From a virus: a stretch of DNA of 64,000 bases. The notes below the pieces were generated by a model that was given only the letters and a program-made list of their open reading frames with translations, was not told the origin of the DNA and did not search any database. Where the stretch lies: the IMG/VR virus record IMGVR_UViG_3300045988_126562. One strand, 5' to 3'. Of this stretch, positions 1-9,185 are shown one piece after another (position 1 is the first letter of the stretch; each line of letters opens with the position of its first letter). A program made the translations under genes and the position numbers.

Positions 1-781
1 AGCTATAGAGTTAGCTATAGAAAGAACAGAAAATACCTGCTCATCTATTACTGGGGTATTCCGTGAAAGATTAAACGGAATAGAGCAACACGATGCTGTT
101 AGTAACGTTAAAGTAGGGATCAAAAACTCATTTACTGTTACTAAACAATATTATCAACAAATGGATCTATTAACCAATGAGTTATTAATAGACTGTTTAA
201 ATACAGCTAAGATAGTATACAAAAAAGGAATAACAGGAGCTTTAATATTAGGGGATAAAGGTGTTAAGGTATTTACTGCTTTGCCTGAATATTTTACAGT
301 TACCGATTTTGATATACATATAGCTTCTAGTACTAATGTAATACAAGACATGGAATTAATTAAACAACTAATTCCTGAATTTATAAAAGCTGGTAATGTA
401 GATCCATCAATAATAGTAGAAGCTATTACTTCTAGAAGCCTAACTGAATTAAAGACTAATGTTTCTGAATCTCTTAAGAAGCAGAGAGAAGAAAATAATA
501 TTACTGCTCAGCTACAGCAACAGGTGGAACAATTAACTCAAGAATTACAACAGGCTCAAAATCAATTACAGCAAGCTCAAAGTAAAATAGAATCTTTAAA
601 TGAAGCTAAACTACAATTAGAAAAAGCTAAATTAGAATCTGAGTCTGGAGTAAATTGGTATAAAGCTAAAGCTGATAAAAAGTATAAAGAAGGTACTATA
701 GAGAATGATAGCAAAAGGGTTGAGCTAGAAGTAGCTCAAATGTATGATGGGAACATGCATAATAATAAAGTAAAATACTAA
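1..781 (+). CDS. 3' part of a larger virion gene, most likely the portal protein (5' end is upstream of the window)
   Basis: Frame 2 is open from base 2 with no stop, so the listed ORF 161..781 is only the tail of a longer gene. The C-terminus is a Q-rich coiled coil (QLQQQVEQLTQELQQAQNQLQQAQ), like a portal barrel. It sits at the head of the fibre-to-capsid gene train, as in crAss-like phages. Product assigned by position and appearance only. Confidence 0.4.
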   Translation, partial: AIELAIERTENTCSSITGVFRERLNGIEQHDAVSNVKVGIKNSFTVTKQYYQQMDLLTNELLIDCLNTAKIVYKKGITGALILGDKGVKVFTALPEYFTVTDFDIHIASSTNVIQDMELIKQLIPEFIKAGNVDPSIIVEAITSRSLTELKTNVSESLKKQREENNITAQLQQQVEQLTQELQQAQNQLQQAQSKIESLNEAKLQLEKAKLESESGVNWYKAKADKKYKEGTIENDSKRVELEVAQMYDGNMHNNKVKY

Positions 782-784
782 AAT

Positions 785-1540
785 ATGGAATTAAAAATAA
801 ATGTTTGCACCGAAGCTTCTTGCAAAGTGACTGTACAAGACCAAACAGAAATTGGTAATAAAGGTTATTTAGCAGAAGATTCTACTGTTACAGTAAAAGG
901 GAGATTCAAGTATTCTGATACTGTATCAATAGATTTACTGCAACACAATAAAAGTGAAGGATATGAGTTACAAATTCCAGTGTATTCTTTACATAATACA
1001 GAATCAAAACAAGTAACACTACCTGTTAAGTTTGATGGGTGGTTTACTGTTTTGCATATAGTATTACCCAGCAAGGATTGGTTTGACAGAGAAAAAGCTA
1101 AAGAAACTGGATCATCTCTTCCTTTGTATGAAGTGGTGTATTACTCAGATGGTATTAATTTATTCAAGTATATAAATGGAGAAAGCACAGAGGCCACTAT
1201 AATAGAAGTAGTCGAAAGAAACACAGAAGAAACTACAATATCTAGAACATGTGAAAACTATGTATCCATTTGTTTTCTTAATAAATGTTGCCTATCTTTG
1301 TGCCAGCAAATATTAAATGAGAGGGCCTTTTCTCCTTGTTGGGACAAGAACACTATAGACCCTGATTTAATATTTAGAAGGGATTATGTTTGGATGGCTA
1401 TTAATGTGATTAAGTACATGGTGCAATTTGAGCAACTAGCTGAAGCAGAAAGAATTATTGAACAAATAGGAGGTTGTAATGGACTATGTAAATCTGAATT
1501 TAGACGGATGCCATCACATGGATGTGGATGCAGTCAATAA
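785..1540 (+). CDS. hypothetical Cys-rich virion-module protein
   Basis: 251-aa ORF with an ATG start 3 nt after the upstream TAA. C-terminal Cys cluster (GGCNGLCKSEF..SHGCGCSQ). No recognisable family. Confidence 0.55.
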   Translation: MELKINVCTEASCKVTVQDQTEIGNKGYLAEDSTVTVKGRFKYSDTVSIDLLQHNKSEGYELQIPVYSLHNTESKQVTLPVKFDGWFTVLHIVLPSKDWFDREKAKETGSSLPLYEVVYYSDGINLFKYINGESTEATIIEVVERNTEETTISRTCENYVSICFLNKCCLSLCQQILNERAFSPCWDKNTIDPDLIFRRDYVWMAINVIKYMVQFEQLAEAERIIEQIGGCNGLCKSEFRRMPSHGCGCSQ

Positions 1541-1736
1541 ATTGAAAAGAAAGATAATTTGTGAGTTCCAAAAGCTTTTATGTCTTACAGAAAAAGGGCA
1601 TAAACCTGACTATCAATTTATATTAGAAGAAATCAGCTTGGTTGGATTAAGCTCAGATAACCTGTTAGATAAAAGAAGACTTATTTTTACCATACAATTT
1701 TATTTAAATAATAAATGGCAGATAAAGACATCCTAA
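1518..1736 (+). CDS. small hypothetical protein (72 aa), uncertain
   Basis: It fills an otherwise unusual 175-nt gap in a tightly packed operon. In-frame ATG at 1518. It overlaps both neighbouring genes by about 22 nt. Confidence 0.25.
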   Translation: MDVDAVNKLKRKIICEFQKLLCLTEKGHKPDYQFILEEISLVGLSSDNLLDKRRLIFTIQFYLNNKWQIKTS

Positions 1737-3490
1737 CTCCAGGTGCTGGTGGAGAATGCGCTCAACCTATAACAACGGCTGAGCCAACTAACTATTTAGA
1801 AAAAGATAATTACTTAGGAGAATTTGAAAGTGAGGTAGAAAAAGAGCTTGCAAGAACTAATTTAGGAGTGCCGTCCTTAGAGGATGTTTATAATAAAACA
1901 GAATCTGATATTGCTGCTAAAAAAATAATTCAGGAAGTAGTACAACAACACTTAAATGCTGATGATCCTCACTCTATACTTCCTCAAGTAGATGATAAAT
2001 TAAAAGGAACTGTGAAAGATGATGGCAGCACTCCATTCACTGCACCGCAATCTGGTGTAGACCCAGTTACCGAATATCATCTAACTACAAAGAGATTCGT
2101 TGAGAGTCTTCTGCGATCTCATTTGGAAGCTTCTGATCCACATAATATAATGTACTTAGTAGAAGAGGCTTTAACTGCATATGTAAAAGCTTCTCAAGTA
2201 TATCTTAAAAAAGAGCTTTATAATAGAGAGGAAATTAATTCTAGATTAGAGCCTTTTGTTAAGATGGATGGAACGACTCCATTTAAAAGACCTCAATTAG
2301 GAATTGATCCTAAATCTGATGGTCATTTAACAACTAAGAGATATGTAGATAATCTTATTCAAGAGCATTTATATGATATAGATCCTCACGGCTTTATATC
2401 TACTCTGAACGATAGATTATCTAAATATTATAGGAAGACTGAAACATATTCTAAGTCTGAAACGTACTCTAGGCAGCAATTAGACTCTATAATCTCTGGA
2501 TTAGTTAGAGACGCTGCTAATTCTGTTTTAGACGAACATATACATTCATATGATCCTCATGGAACTTTACAATCTGTAAAGAATGAGCATTATGTAAAAA
2601 GAGATGGAACTGTTCCATTTACTAATCCTCAATCTGGTGTAGATGCTACTGAAGATTCTCATCTTGTTACTTTAAGGCAACTCAAAGAGCTTATAAGTAA
2701 CCCAGATAGCTCAGTGGGATGTGAAGGTTGGAAAACTAGTGGTCCAGTTCAAACGACTGTAGGATTCGTAGAAGACAATACTCAACTACCTAATCATCTT
2801 ACTTGTCAAGAAATATTTGATTTAATTTTTTATGGAAAAGGAATAGAAGTAAAATCTCCTGCTTATTGGGCTGGAGAAAATGGATGTCCAGTAGAGATGT
2901 ATATTCATGGAGCTGTTGTTGATACTGTAAGCATAGAATTATATCAAAATGACATATTAATTGGAACATACACCTCAGACCAATTTGTAAATGGAATGTA
3001 TACAGACACTAGTCTGCCTCTGACTGAGGAAAGCACTACATTTACATTTAAAGTATGTTATATGAACGGAACATGTTTAGAATCTACATCTGTTACTAAG
3101 ATAGGATATTTTACATATGTAGGATTGTTACCAAAATGGTATTCTGGTTCTAATATTAACCTAGAATTTTTAGAATCTCTTATATCTGAAGATCCCACTA
3201 ACAATATTCAAATTTTATTAGATGGAAACACAATAGTTCATAGGTATCAATTTGATTCTCCTCTTGAACCTAAGCATCCATTCATAATGATTCCAAAATC
3301 AGATAATAAAGTTTTATACCAGATGACAACCCCTTCTCAACAATTTGGAATTGATGCATTTGATATAATTGCAGATTTACCATTAGTATATCCCACTGGA
3401 GCAACGAAAGTATATACAGTGTATATTTATAGAGAAGCGTTAACTGGTTTAAATAACGTAGAAGTAACCTTTAAATTTGATAATATCTAA
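1715..3490 (+). CDS. tail fibre protein with repeated DGxxPF..hLtTKryV / DPH modules
   Basis: Three copies of a motif like DGSTPFTAPQSGVDPVTEYHLTTKRFVESLL, interspersed with four HL..xDPH segments. This pattern is typical of phage fibre shafts. Confidence 0.7.
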   Translation: MADKDILTPGAGGECAQPITTAEPTNYLEKDNYLGEFESEVEKELARTNLGVPSLEDVYNKTESDIAAKKIIQEVVQQHLNADDPHSILPQVDDKLKGTVKDDGSTPFTAPQSGVDPVTEYHLTTKRFVESLLRSHLEASDPHNIMYLVEEALTAYVKASQVYLKKELYNREEINSRLEPFVKMDGTTPFKRPQLGIDPKSDGHLTTKRYVDNLIQEHLYDIDPHGFISTLNDRLSKYYRKTETYSKSETYSRQQLDSIISGLVRDAANSVLDEHIHSYDPHGTLQSVKNEHYVKRDGTVPFTNPQSGVDATEDSHLVTLRQLKELISNPDSSVGCEGWKTSGPVQTTVGFVEDNTQLPNHLTCQEIFDLIFYGKGIEVKSPAYWAGENGCPVEMYIHGAVVDTVSIELYQNDILIGTYTSDQFVNGMYTDTSLPLTEESTTFTFKVCYMNGTCLESTSVTKIGYFTYVGLLPKWYSGSNINLEFLESLISEDPTNNIQILLDGNTIVHRYQFDSPLEPKHPFIMIPKSDNKVLYQMTTPSQQFGIDAFDIIADLPLVYPTGATKVYTVYIYREALTGLNNVEVTFKFDNI

Positions 3491-5346
3491 TGAGTCAATA
3501 TAGTGAGGTAATTGGTAGTTTTTTAAGGAGAGGTAGCTTCCCATTAGAAGCTGATTACGTATTTAAAACGGAGGAAGCCTTAAGAAATTATTACAACCAA
3601 CCAGAAAATAAAGCCATACTTCATAAAGGTTTACTAAAAATCGTAGAAGATGATGGTTCTGGAGTACAGAGCCTTTACTGGGTAGTAGGAGAAGCTGATG
3701 GAACTTTAACTTTTTCTAAACTAATAACAAGTAAAGGTATAGGGGATTTAGAAAGTCAATTAAAAGAACTTTCTGAAAAACTGGAAAAAGAAATACAAGA
3801 TAGAAAAGATGCCGATGAAGCTATATGGGGAACTAATGATCCTACTAATATTCCGAATGATTTAAATAGTATCTTAGATTTATCTAATGCAATATTAGAG
3901 TTAAGAGAAAAAATTTCAGGAATAGAAGAAAGTCAAACCCAAATGAAGGATGAGATAATGGCTCTAGCTGGAACTACTTCACGAGACGTCATTGAGTATT
4001 TAAATACTTTAGATTATCCTTCATTAACTAAAGTATCTGAGAAATTAAATGAATTTTTCAATACTGAAAACCCAGAAAGTGAGGAAATTGATACATGGGT
4101 AGAATTAAAGAAATTCTTAAAAGGAATAACTGATGATACTACATTATCTTCCTTACTTGAAGAATATCTAAATAAAATATATGGAGATCCCCTGCCCTCT
4201 AAAGAGTTTTTAACTTTAAGGGAGATAGAAGATTTCGTAATAGAATTAAAATCTAATGTAGAGTATTCTATTAAAAACATACAGAAAGAAATAAATGATA
4301 CTCAAGTAGGAGTGGGATTGGATAGTGATGGAAAATTTAGTCCTGATCAAGAAACCAATTATCTTAAAGATGCTACTTCTGTAATGAATGCTCTAAAAAC
4401 TCTAGATTTTAAAATAAAGGATATATCCATAGATAAAGCTTTAGAAACAGAAAATCAAGATGTAGTAAAATTAGATATACGTAAAGAGCTAGAAAGAACT
4501 TTCATAAATGCCTATTTAGAATTATCATCTATAGATGGTAATGGACTTAAAAAGCAAGCAGATGGATTATATATGAAAGTTACTTCAGAATATAATAATG
4601 GAGTACTTACCTTAAAAATTAATGACTCTGTAGTAGCTCAACACGTATTAGGTATATCTTCTATTGTAGAGGATGCTTATTATGATTCACCAAATGAGGA
4701 AATAGTAATAGTATTCAAATTACTAGACGGGAATAAACAAACTATACATATTCCAGTAGGAAGCCTTATAAGAGAGTGGATAGTTGACAATTCCGGACCT
4801 AGTGATACAGTTATTCTTACTAGAATAGAAGATTTAACAGCTGGTCCTGATAAACTTTCTGCTGATGTTAGACTATATGTAGATAAGTATAATATCCTAG
4901 TAAAACAAGGAAATTCTCTTTATGTAAGAGGTACTTCTGATAATATAGTGCATAATGATGTAAAAGTCAGTGAAATATTGGAGGAACTAAAGGAAAAATC
5001 AGAATCTAGTTCTGATGAAATTTCTAAAGTGAAAGAGGATATAAAAGATATTCAAACTTCAGTTTCACAGGCTCAGAAGGATATAGATAATTTAGAATCT
5101 AGGGTAGAAAAAGTAGAGGATAATATCTCTAATACAAATAATAAATTATCTGAACATATCTTAAATTCTAATAATCCTCATAGAGTAACTAAGGATCAAG
5201 TAGGTTTAGGAAAGGTAGAAAATTTATCACCTTCAGATATGCCAATATCAAATGCTACTCAAAAAGCATTAGATTCTAAAGCAGATCTAGTTGATGGAAA
5301 AGTTCCATCAGAACAATTACCAGAATTATCTTGGATTGAAGTATGA
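3490..5346 (+). CDS. tail fibre protein (coiled-coil shaft, conserved fibre C-terminal motif)
   Basis: Start overlaps the upstream stop (TAATG). Long coiled-coil regions. The C-terminal NPHRVTKDQVGLGKVENLSPSDMPISNATQKALDSKADL matches the widespread phage-fibre motif (VGLGNVDN..KPIS..tq.AL). Confidence 0.7.
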   Translation: MSQYSEVIGSFLRRGSFPLEADYVFKTEEALRNYYNQPENKAILHKGLLKIVEDDGSGVQSLYWVVGEADGTLTFSKLITSKGIGDLESQLKELSEKLEKEIQDRKDADEAIWGTNDPTNIPNDLNSILDLSNAILELREKISGIEESQTQMKDEIMALAGTTSRDVIEYLNTLDYPSLTKVSEKLNEFFNTENPESEEIDTWVELKKFLKGITDDTTLSSLLEEYLNKIYGDPLPSKEFLTLREIEDFVIELKSNVEYSIKNIQKEINDTQVGVGLDSDGKFSPDQETNYLKDATSVMNALKTLDFKIKDISIDKALETENQDVVKLDIRKELERTFINAYLELSSIDGNGLKKQADGLYMKVTSEYNNGVLTLKINDSVVAQHVLGISSIVEDAYYDSPNEEIVIVFKLLDGNKQTIHIPVGSLIREWIVDNSGPSDTVILTRIEDLTAGPDKLSADVRLYVDKYNILVKQGNSLYVRGTSDNIVHNDVKVSEILEELKEKSESSSDEISKVKEDIKDIQTSVSQAQKDIDNLESRVEKVEDNISNTNNKLSEHILNSNNPHRVTKDQVGLGKVENLSPSDMPISNATQKALDSKADLVDGKVPSEQLPELSWIEV

Positions 5347-7145
5347 CACAAGTGATTAGACAGAAGCCTCCCAGACCAGCTAATATGAGTCAGTTAGACT
5401 ATTTATGGACATATTTTGGAGGATACAGTGTATCAGAAGAGGCTTCTACTATTCCTCAAAATGATGTCATTTTAACTGAATCTGCTATAACTAAGTTAAT
5501 TAGTACGTCTGCTGGAGGAGGAATAGTAAAATTAATTTATAGAAATCATCCTACTAATGCAGACTTGATTCAGTTAGTAGGAGCTAATATAGATGGAACA
5601 GAGATAACAGTAGTAGATATGCCAAAAGAGGTACACGTTACCAACTTTGGGTCTAGCGTAGTAACATCTGAAGATATAGATAAAGGATGCCCATTTCCTA
5701 TAGGAACAAATGTTATAGCATTAGTACTAAGTAATGATAAAAGGTTTTACTTTAACTTAGATGCTTATATAGTAGGAAGTGGAATATCTGGAGTAGATAC
5801 TAATACTATTAGGACTAAGGTAGTTAATGGAATTATATCATCTGATCTGAAAATAAAATCTACAAATAATGTAGTAGAAATAAATTCAGATAAAGATGGA
5901 ATATTTGCAGACCTAAAAATCAGCAGCCAAAATACTGGGGTAGTTATAGAAAAACAAAATGATGGTATATCTGCAAAGATCCCATTAAATAATTCCCAGT
6001 ATTTTATAAGATTTCAACAGCTTACTTTATTAGCTTATATGAATATTGAGAACAAAGATCCAGGAATGGTTTATTTCATAACTGATAAGCCTTACATTTA
6101 CTTGGGTGATAAGAGGTATGGAGTAGATATAAATCCAGGAGAAGTTCCAATAGTTTCATTAGTATATGATGCAGATCATATGTTGCTTTCCTATAAGAAA
6201 GCTGATGGCAGTGATATACAACAAATACATATGGGGCCAGTTACAGAAGAAATGCCTGGTATGCTTTCTTCTGAGGATTATGCTGAATTTAAAAAATTTA
6301 GTGAAGCTCTAGAAGGGATTCCTGATGTAAAGGAATATGTTAAACAAGAAACTGATAAACTGGCTATATCTATAGAATATGGTAATCCTGAAAATAACAG
6401 AAGACCACTATATTTAAAGAATAGACTAGGAGAAACACTAAGTACAGTTTGGATAGATGTAGATAATTTCTTAGTAGCGTCCAAAAATAAAATAGCTACT
6501 CAACAGGATGTGGAGGATGCTGAGGCTACTGGAGTGACCAATATTAATGTAGGGGATCAGATACTTATTCAGACTTTAATGAATGGAGATAAAGTTTACA
6601 CTAATTTGAAAGAATTAGTAGACGACTTTGAAGTAGGAAGAACTAAAACCATAACTCTTTCCAAATCTAAAGATAACGTAGTGTATGCTGACTTAAATAT
6701 AATAGACAGCAAAATATTATATGTAACATCTGATGGAGTAGGAGCTAATGCACAGGCATACAGAGAAGGAGGATATATTACTTTATATGGTAAAACTAAA
6801 ACTCAAGACTGTATACTAGGAAAATGGGAAGCTCCGCAAATGGAATTAATAAAAGGAGAGTTTATACCAGAGTACTCGGAAGAATTACTGGTTAGTCCTC
6901 TTTATTTAGATTGGAAAGAATATAATCAGTTTACTAACGCTCCAATAATAGGAAACCCATATTATGCGTTAACATATAAAGAATATACTGATAATCCCTC
7001 AAATATATTATATAGATATTATTGGATTTCCATTAAACCTTTACTTGATAAGGTAGGAATATCTAAAATAGAAGGAAATTTAATAAAAAAAGATAATAAT
7101 AATAACTTATACGCTCTGTTAGAGTGGTCTAATATAACTAATTAA
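5343..7145 (+). CDS. fibre/structural protein
   Basis: 600-aa ORF with an ATGA stop-start overlap upstream and a TAATG overlap downstream. Beta-rich composition, embedded in the fibre gene train. Confidence 0.5.
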   Translation: MTQVIRQKPPRPANMSQLDYLWTYFGGYSVSEEASTIPQNDVILTESAITKLISTSAGGGIVKLIYRNHPTNADLIQLVGANIDGTEITVVDMPKEVHVTNFGSSVVTSEDIDKGCPFPIGTNVIALVLSNDKRFYFNLDAYIVGSGISGVDTNTIRTKVVNGIISSDLKIKSTNNVVEINSDKDGIFADLKISSQNTGVVIEKQNDGISAKIPLNNSQYFIRFQQLTLLAYMNIENKDPGMVYFITDKPYIYLGDKRYGVDINPGEVPIVSLVYDADHMLLSYKKADGSDIQQIHMGPVTEEMPGMLSSEDYAEFKKFSEALEGIPDVKEYVKQETDKLAISIEYGNPENNRRPLYLKNRLGETLSTVWIDVDNFLVASKNKIATQQDVEDAEATGVTNINVGDQILIQTLMNGDKVYTNLKELVDDFEVGRTKTITLSKSKDNVVYADLNIIDSKILYVTSDGVGANAQAYREGGYITLYGKTKTQDCILGKWEAPQMELIKGEFIPEYSEELLVSPLYLDWKEYNQFTNAPIIGNPYYALTYKEYTDNPSNILYRYYWISIKPLLDKVGISKIEGNLIKKDNNNNLYALLEWSNITN

Positions 7146-9136
7146 TGGCACAAGTAACATTTCTTAGAGGATTAAAAGAATTTTATTCATCTGAACGATA
7201 CCCAGGAGCTATTTATTTTTCTACAGATACTAAAGAAATTATAGTAGACGGAGTAGAATATGGATTGGACTTAAATAATCCAGATTTAGATCTAATTACA
7301 TTAGTAGAGTTTATTACTCCTGATACTATTAAGTTTAGAGCTACCAATGGTAATGAAACTATTATTACTTTACCTCCAGCAACTTCCAAATCAAATGGAT
7401 TAATGTCCGCAGAAGATAAAAAGAAATTAGATGCTGTTCTTGAAGGATTTGATCCAGAAGGTCCTTCTGTTCAAGAAGAAATTGATGAGATTAAAGCATA
7501 TACAGTAAACTCTAAGGTAATAAGTGAAAATCCAGTACTTAATGGAGCAGATATTAAGTTAGATGGATACTCTAAAGCTAGTAACGAATCTAGTATAGCT
7601 CCTACTGATACAGTAAACCAAGCTATAGGTAAACTGGAATTAGCTGGAGAAAACACTAGAACTGACTTACAGAATTTTAAAGACACTAAAGGTCAGGCTA
7701 ATGGTTTAGCAACTCTTGATGAGAATGGGAAAATAGATCCATCTCAAATTGACGGAGTAGTAGGACATGTTCTTGGGGTAGAACAATTTGTAGATGCCAA
7801 TCCAGACCCAGTGGAAAATGATAAATATTATTTCAATACTACATCTAAGAAAATTCTTCATGGAGTAGATGGAAGCTGGGTAGAATCTAATCCTCAACCT
7901 CAAATCCTTTACAATAGAAGAGGAGAAGATGAAAACGGACACTCTAATACTCTTTATCGTTGGGATGGAGAACAAATGGTTGCAGTATCTGATCCCATTG
8001 CTATAGGAGAAATTACTGGAACAGCATATGACGGAGCAAAGGGTAAAGCCAATGCTGACGCTATTGCAGCCTTAAAAGAAAATACAGTAAACGGACAAAA
8101 AATTACAGAAAATCCTGTTATTGACGGATCTAATGTATCTCTTACTGGGTATTCTAAACCATCTGCTGGAGGAGCTGTTGCACCAACAGATAAAGTAAAT
8201 GATGCAATTGGCAAGTTAGAATATGATCTTGATACTGCTGAAAGTACATTAGAACAAGCTGTACAAGACATTAATGACTTACAAGAACAGGTAACAACTA
8301 ATAAAGTAGAAGCTGCTGATAAATCTGTAGTAGTTACTCCAAGTGAAGGCCAGAAAACTACTATTAGAGTAAATGTAAAATCTGGAGACAACGCTCTTAA
8401 ATTAGATGCAGAAAACGGATTATATGTTGATCAATCTGCTTTAACTTCTTACGAAGGTAAAGAGGCTATTGTAATAGCTGACAAGGCAGAATCAGAAGGA
8501 GTTAAAGAAATATCATTAAAAATTAATGCCAATGATAAGGTATTAACTCAAGCAGCAGAAGGTTTATTAGCTAACATTAATCTTACTTGGAGCACTGCAG
8601 ATGGATTAAAACTTATAGGTAAAAACTCTACTGAGATAGCATCTATTCCAGCTTCTGACTTTATAAAGGATGGAATGTTACAATCAGTAGAATTAAAGGT
8701 GGCCTCAGAAGATAAACCAATCGGGGAAGCTACTACAGGGACATTTTTAGTATTTACTTTTAATGTAGATGCAGGCTCTAAAGTAATTAATGTAAATGTT
8801 ACTGATTTAATAGATGTATATACAGCTAGCACTGGTATCAAGCTAGAAGGTAAAAACTTTATAGCAGTTATTGATCCAGCCTCCGAAGCATTTTTAACTG
8901 TAGGAGCTGATGGTATCAAGTTGTCTGGAGTTCAAAATGCTATAAGTGCTGCTAAAGCTACTGTAGATGCTTATACTGTAAACGCTAAAGCTATCAGTTC
9001 TAATCCAGTTTTATCTGGAGCTGATATAACCTTAACTGGATATTCAACTGTAGAAGGTGGAGCTGTTGCAGCTACAGATACAATAAATCAAGCAATAAAC
9101 AAATTAGATGATGCCTTAATTTGGCATGAAGCATAA
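7145..9136 (+). CDS. fibre protein with three ~47-aa internal repeats
   Basis: Three repeats: YTVNSKVISENPVLNGADIKLDGYSKASNESSIAPTDTVNQAIGKLE, NTVNGQKITENPVIDGSNVSLTGYSKPSAGGAVAPTDKVNDAIGKLE and YTVNAKAISSNPVLSGADITLTGYSTVEGGAVAATDTINQAINKLD. Fibre-like N-terminus (GAIYFSTDTKEIIV). Confidence 0.65.
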   Translation: MAQVTFLRGLKEFYSSERYPGAIYFSTDTKEIIVDGVEYGLDLNNPDLDLITLVEFITPDTIKFRATNGNETIITLPPATSKSNGLMSAEDKKKLDAVLEGFDPEGPSVQEEIDEIKAYTVNSKVISENPVLNGADIKLDGYSKASNESSIAPTDTVNQAIGKLELAGENTRTDLQNFKDTKGQANGLATLDENGKIDPSQIDGVVGHVLGVEQFVDANPDPVENDKYYFNTTSKKILHGVDGSWVESNPQPQILYNRRGEDENGHSNTLYRWDGEQMVAVSDPIAIGEITGTAYDGAKGKANADAIAALKENTVNGQKITENPVIDGSNVSLTGYSKPSAGGAVAPTDKVNDAIGKLEYDLDTAESTLEQAVQDINDLQEQVTTNKVEAADKSVVVTPSEGQKTTIRVNVKSGDNALKLDAENGLYVDQSALTSYEGKEAIVIADKAESEGVKEISLKINANDKVLTQAAEGLLANINLTWSTADGLKLIGKNSTEIASIPASDFIKDGMLQSVELKVASEDKPIGEATTGTFLVFTFNVDAGSKVINVNVTDLIDVYTASTGIKLEGKNFIAVIDPASEAFLTVGADGIKLSGVQNAISAAKATVDAYTVNAKAISSNPVLSGADITLTGYSTVEGGAVAATDTINQAINKLDDALIWHEA

Positions 9137-9139
9137 ATA

Positions 9140-9170
9140 GGAATTGGGCTTAAGCCCAATTCCTTTAATT
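9140..9170 (+). terminator. perfect 24-nt palindrome / hairpin followed by a T-rich run
   Basis: ggaattgggcttaagcccaattcc (9140-9163) is fully self-complementary. It starts 4 nt after the TAA at 9134-9136 and is followed by tttaatt. Confidence 0.6.
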
Positions 9171-9185
9171 AATAATTTAAGTGAT

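Noticed and set aside
154-9000. Minus-strand ORFs nested in plus-strand fibre genes: 154..351, 865..1074, 4014..4280, 6278..6484, 7471..7686, 7706..7975, 7954..8391, 8548..8919.
   Set aside because: They lie fully inside long, motif-bearing plus-strand genes and have odd, low-complexity composition. They are probably antisense artefacts.
9144-9185. The track's TTG start at 9144 for the DGR target gene.
   Set aside because: The first 20 nt would be the 3' part of a perfect 24-nt palindromic terminator (9140-9163). The ATG at 9186 gives a typical fibre N-terminus (MAINKKLIHFKL...).
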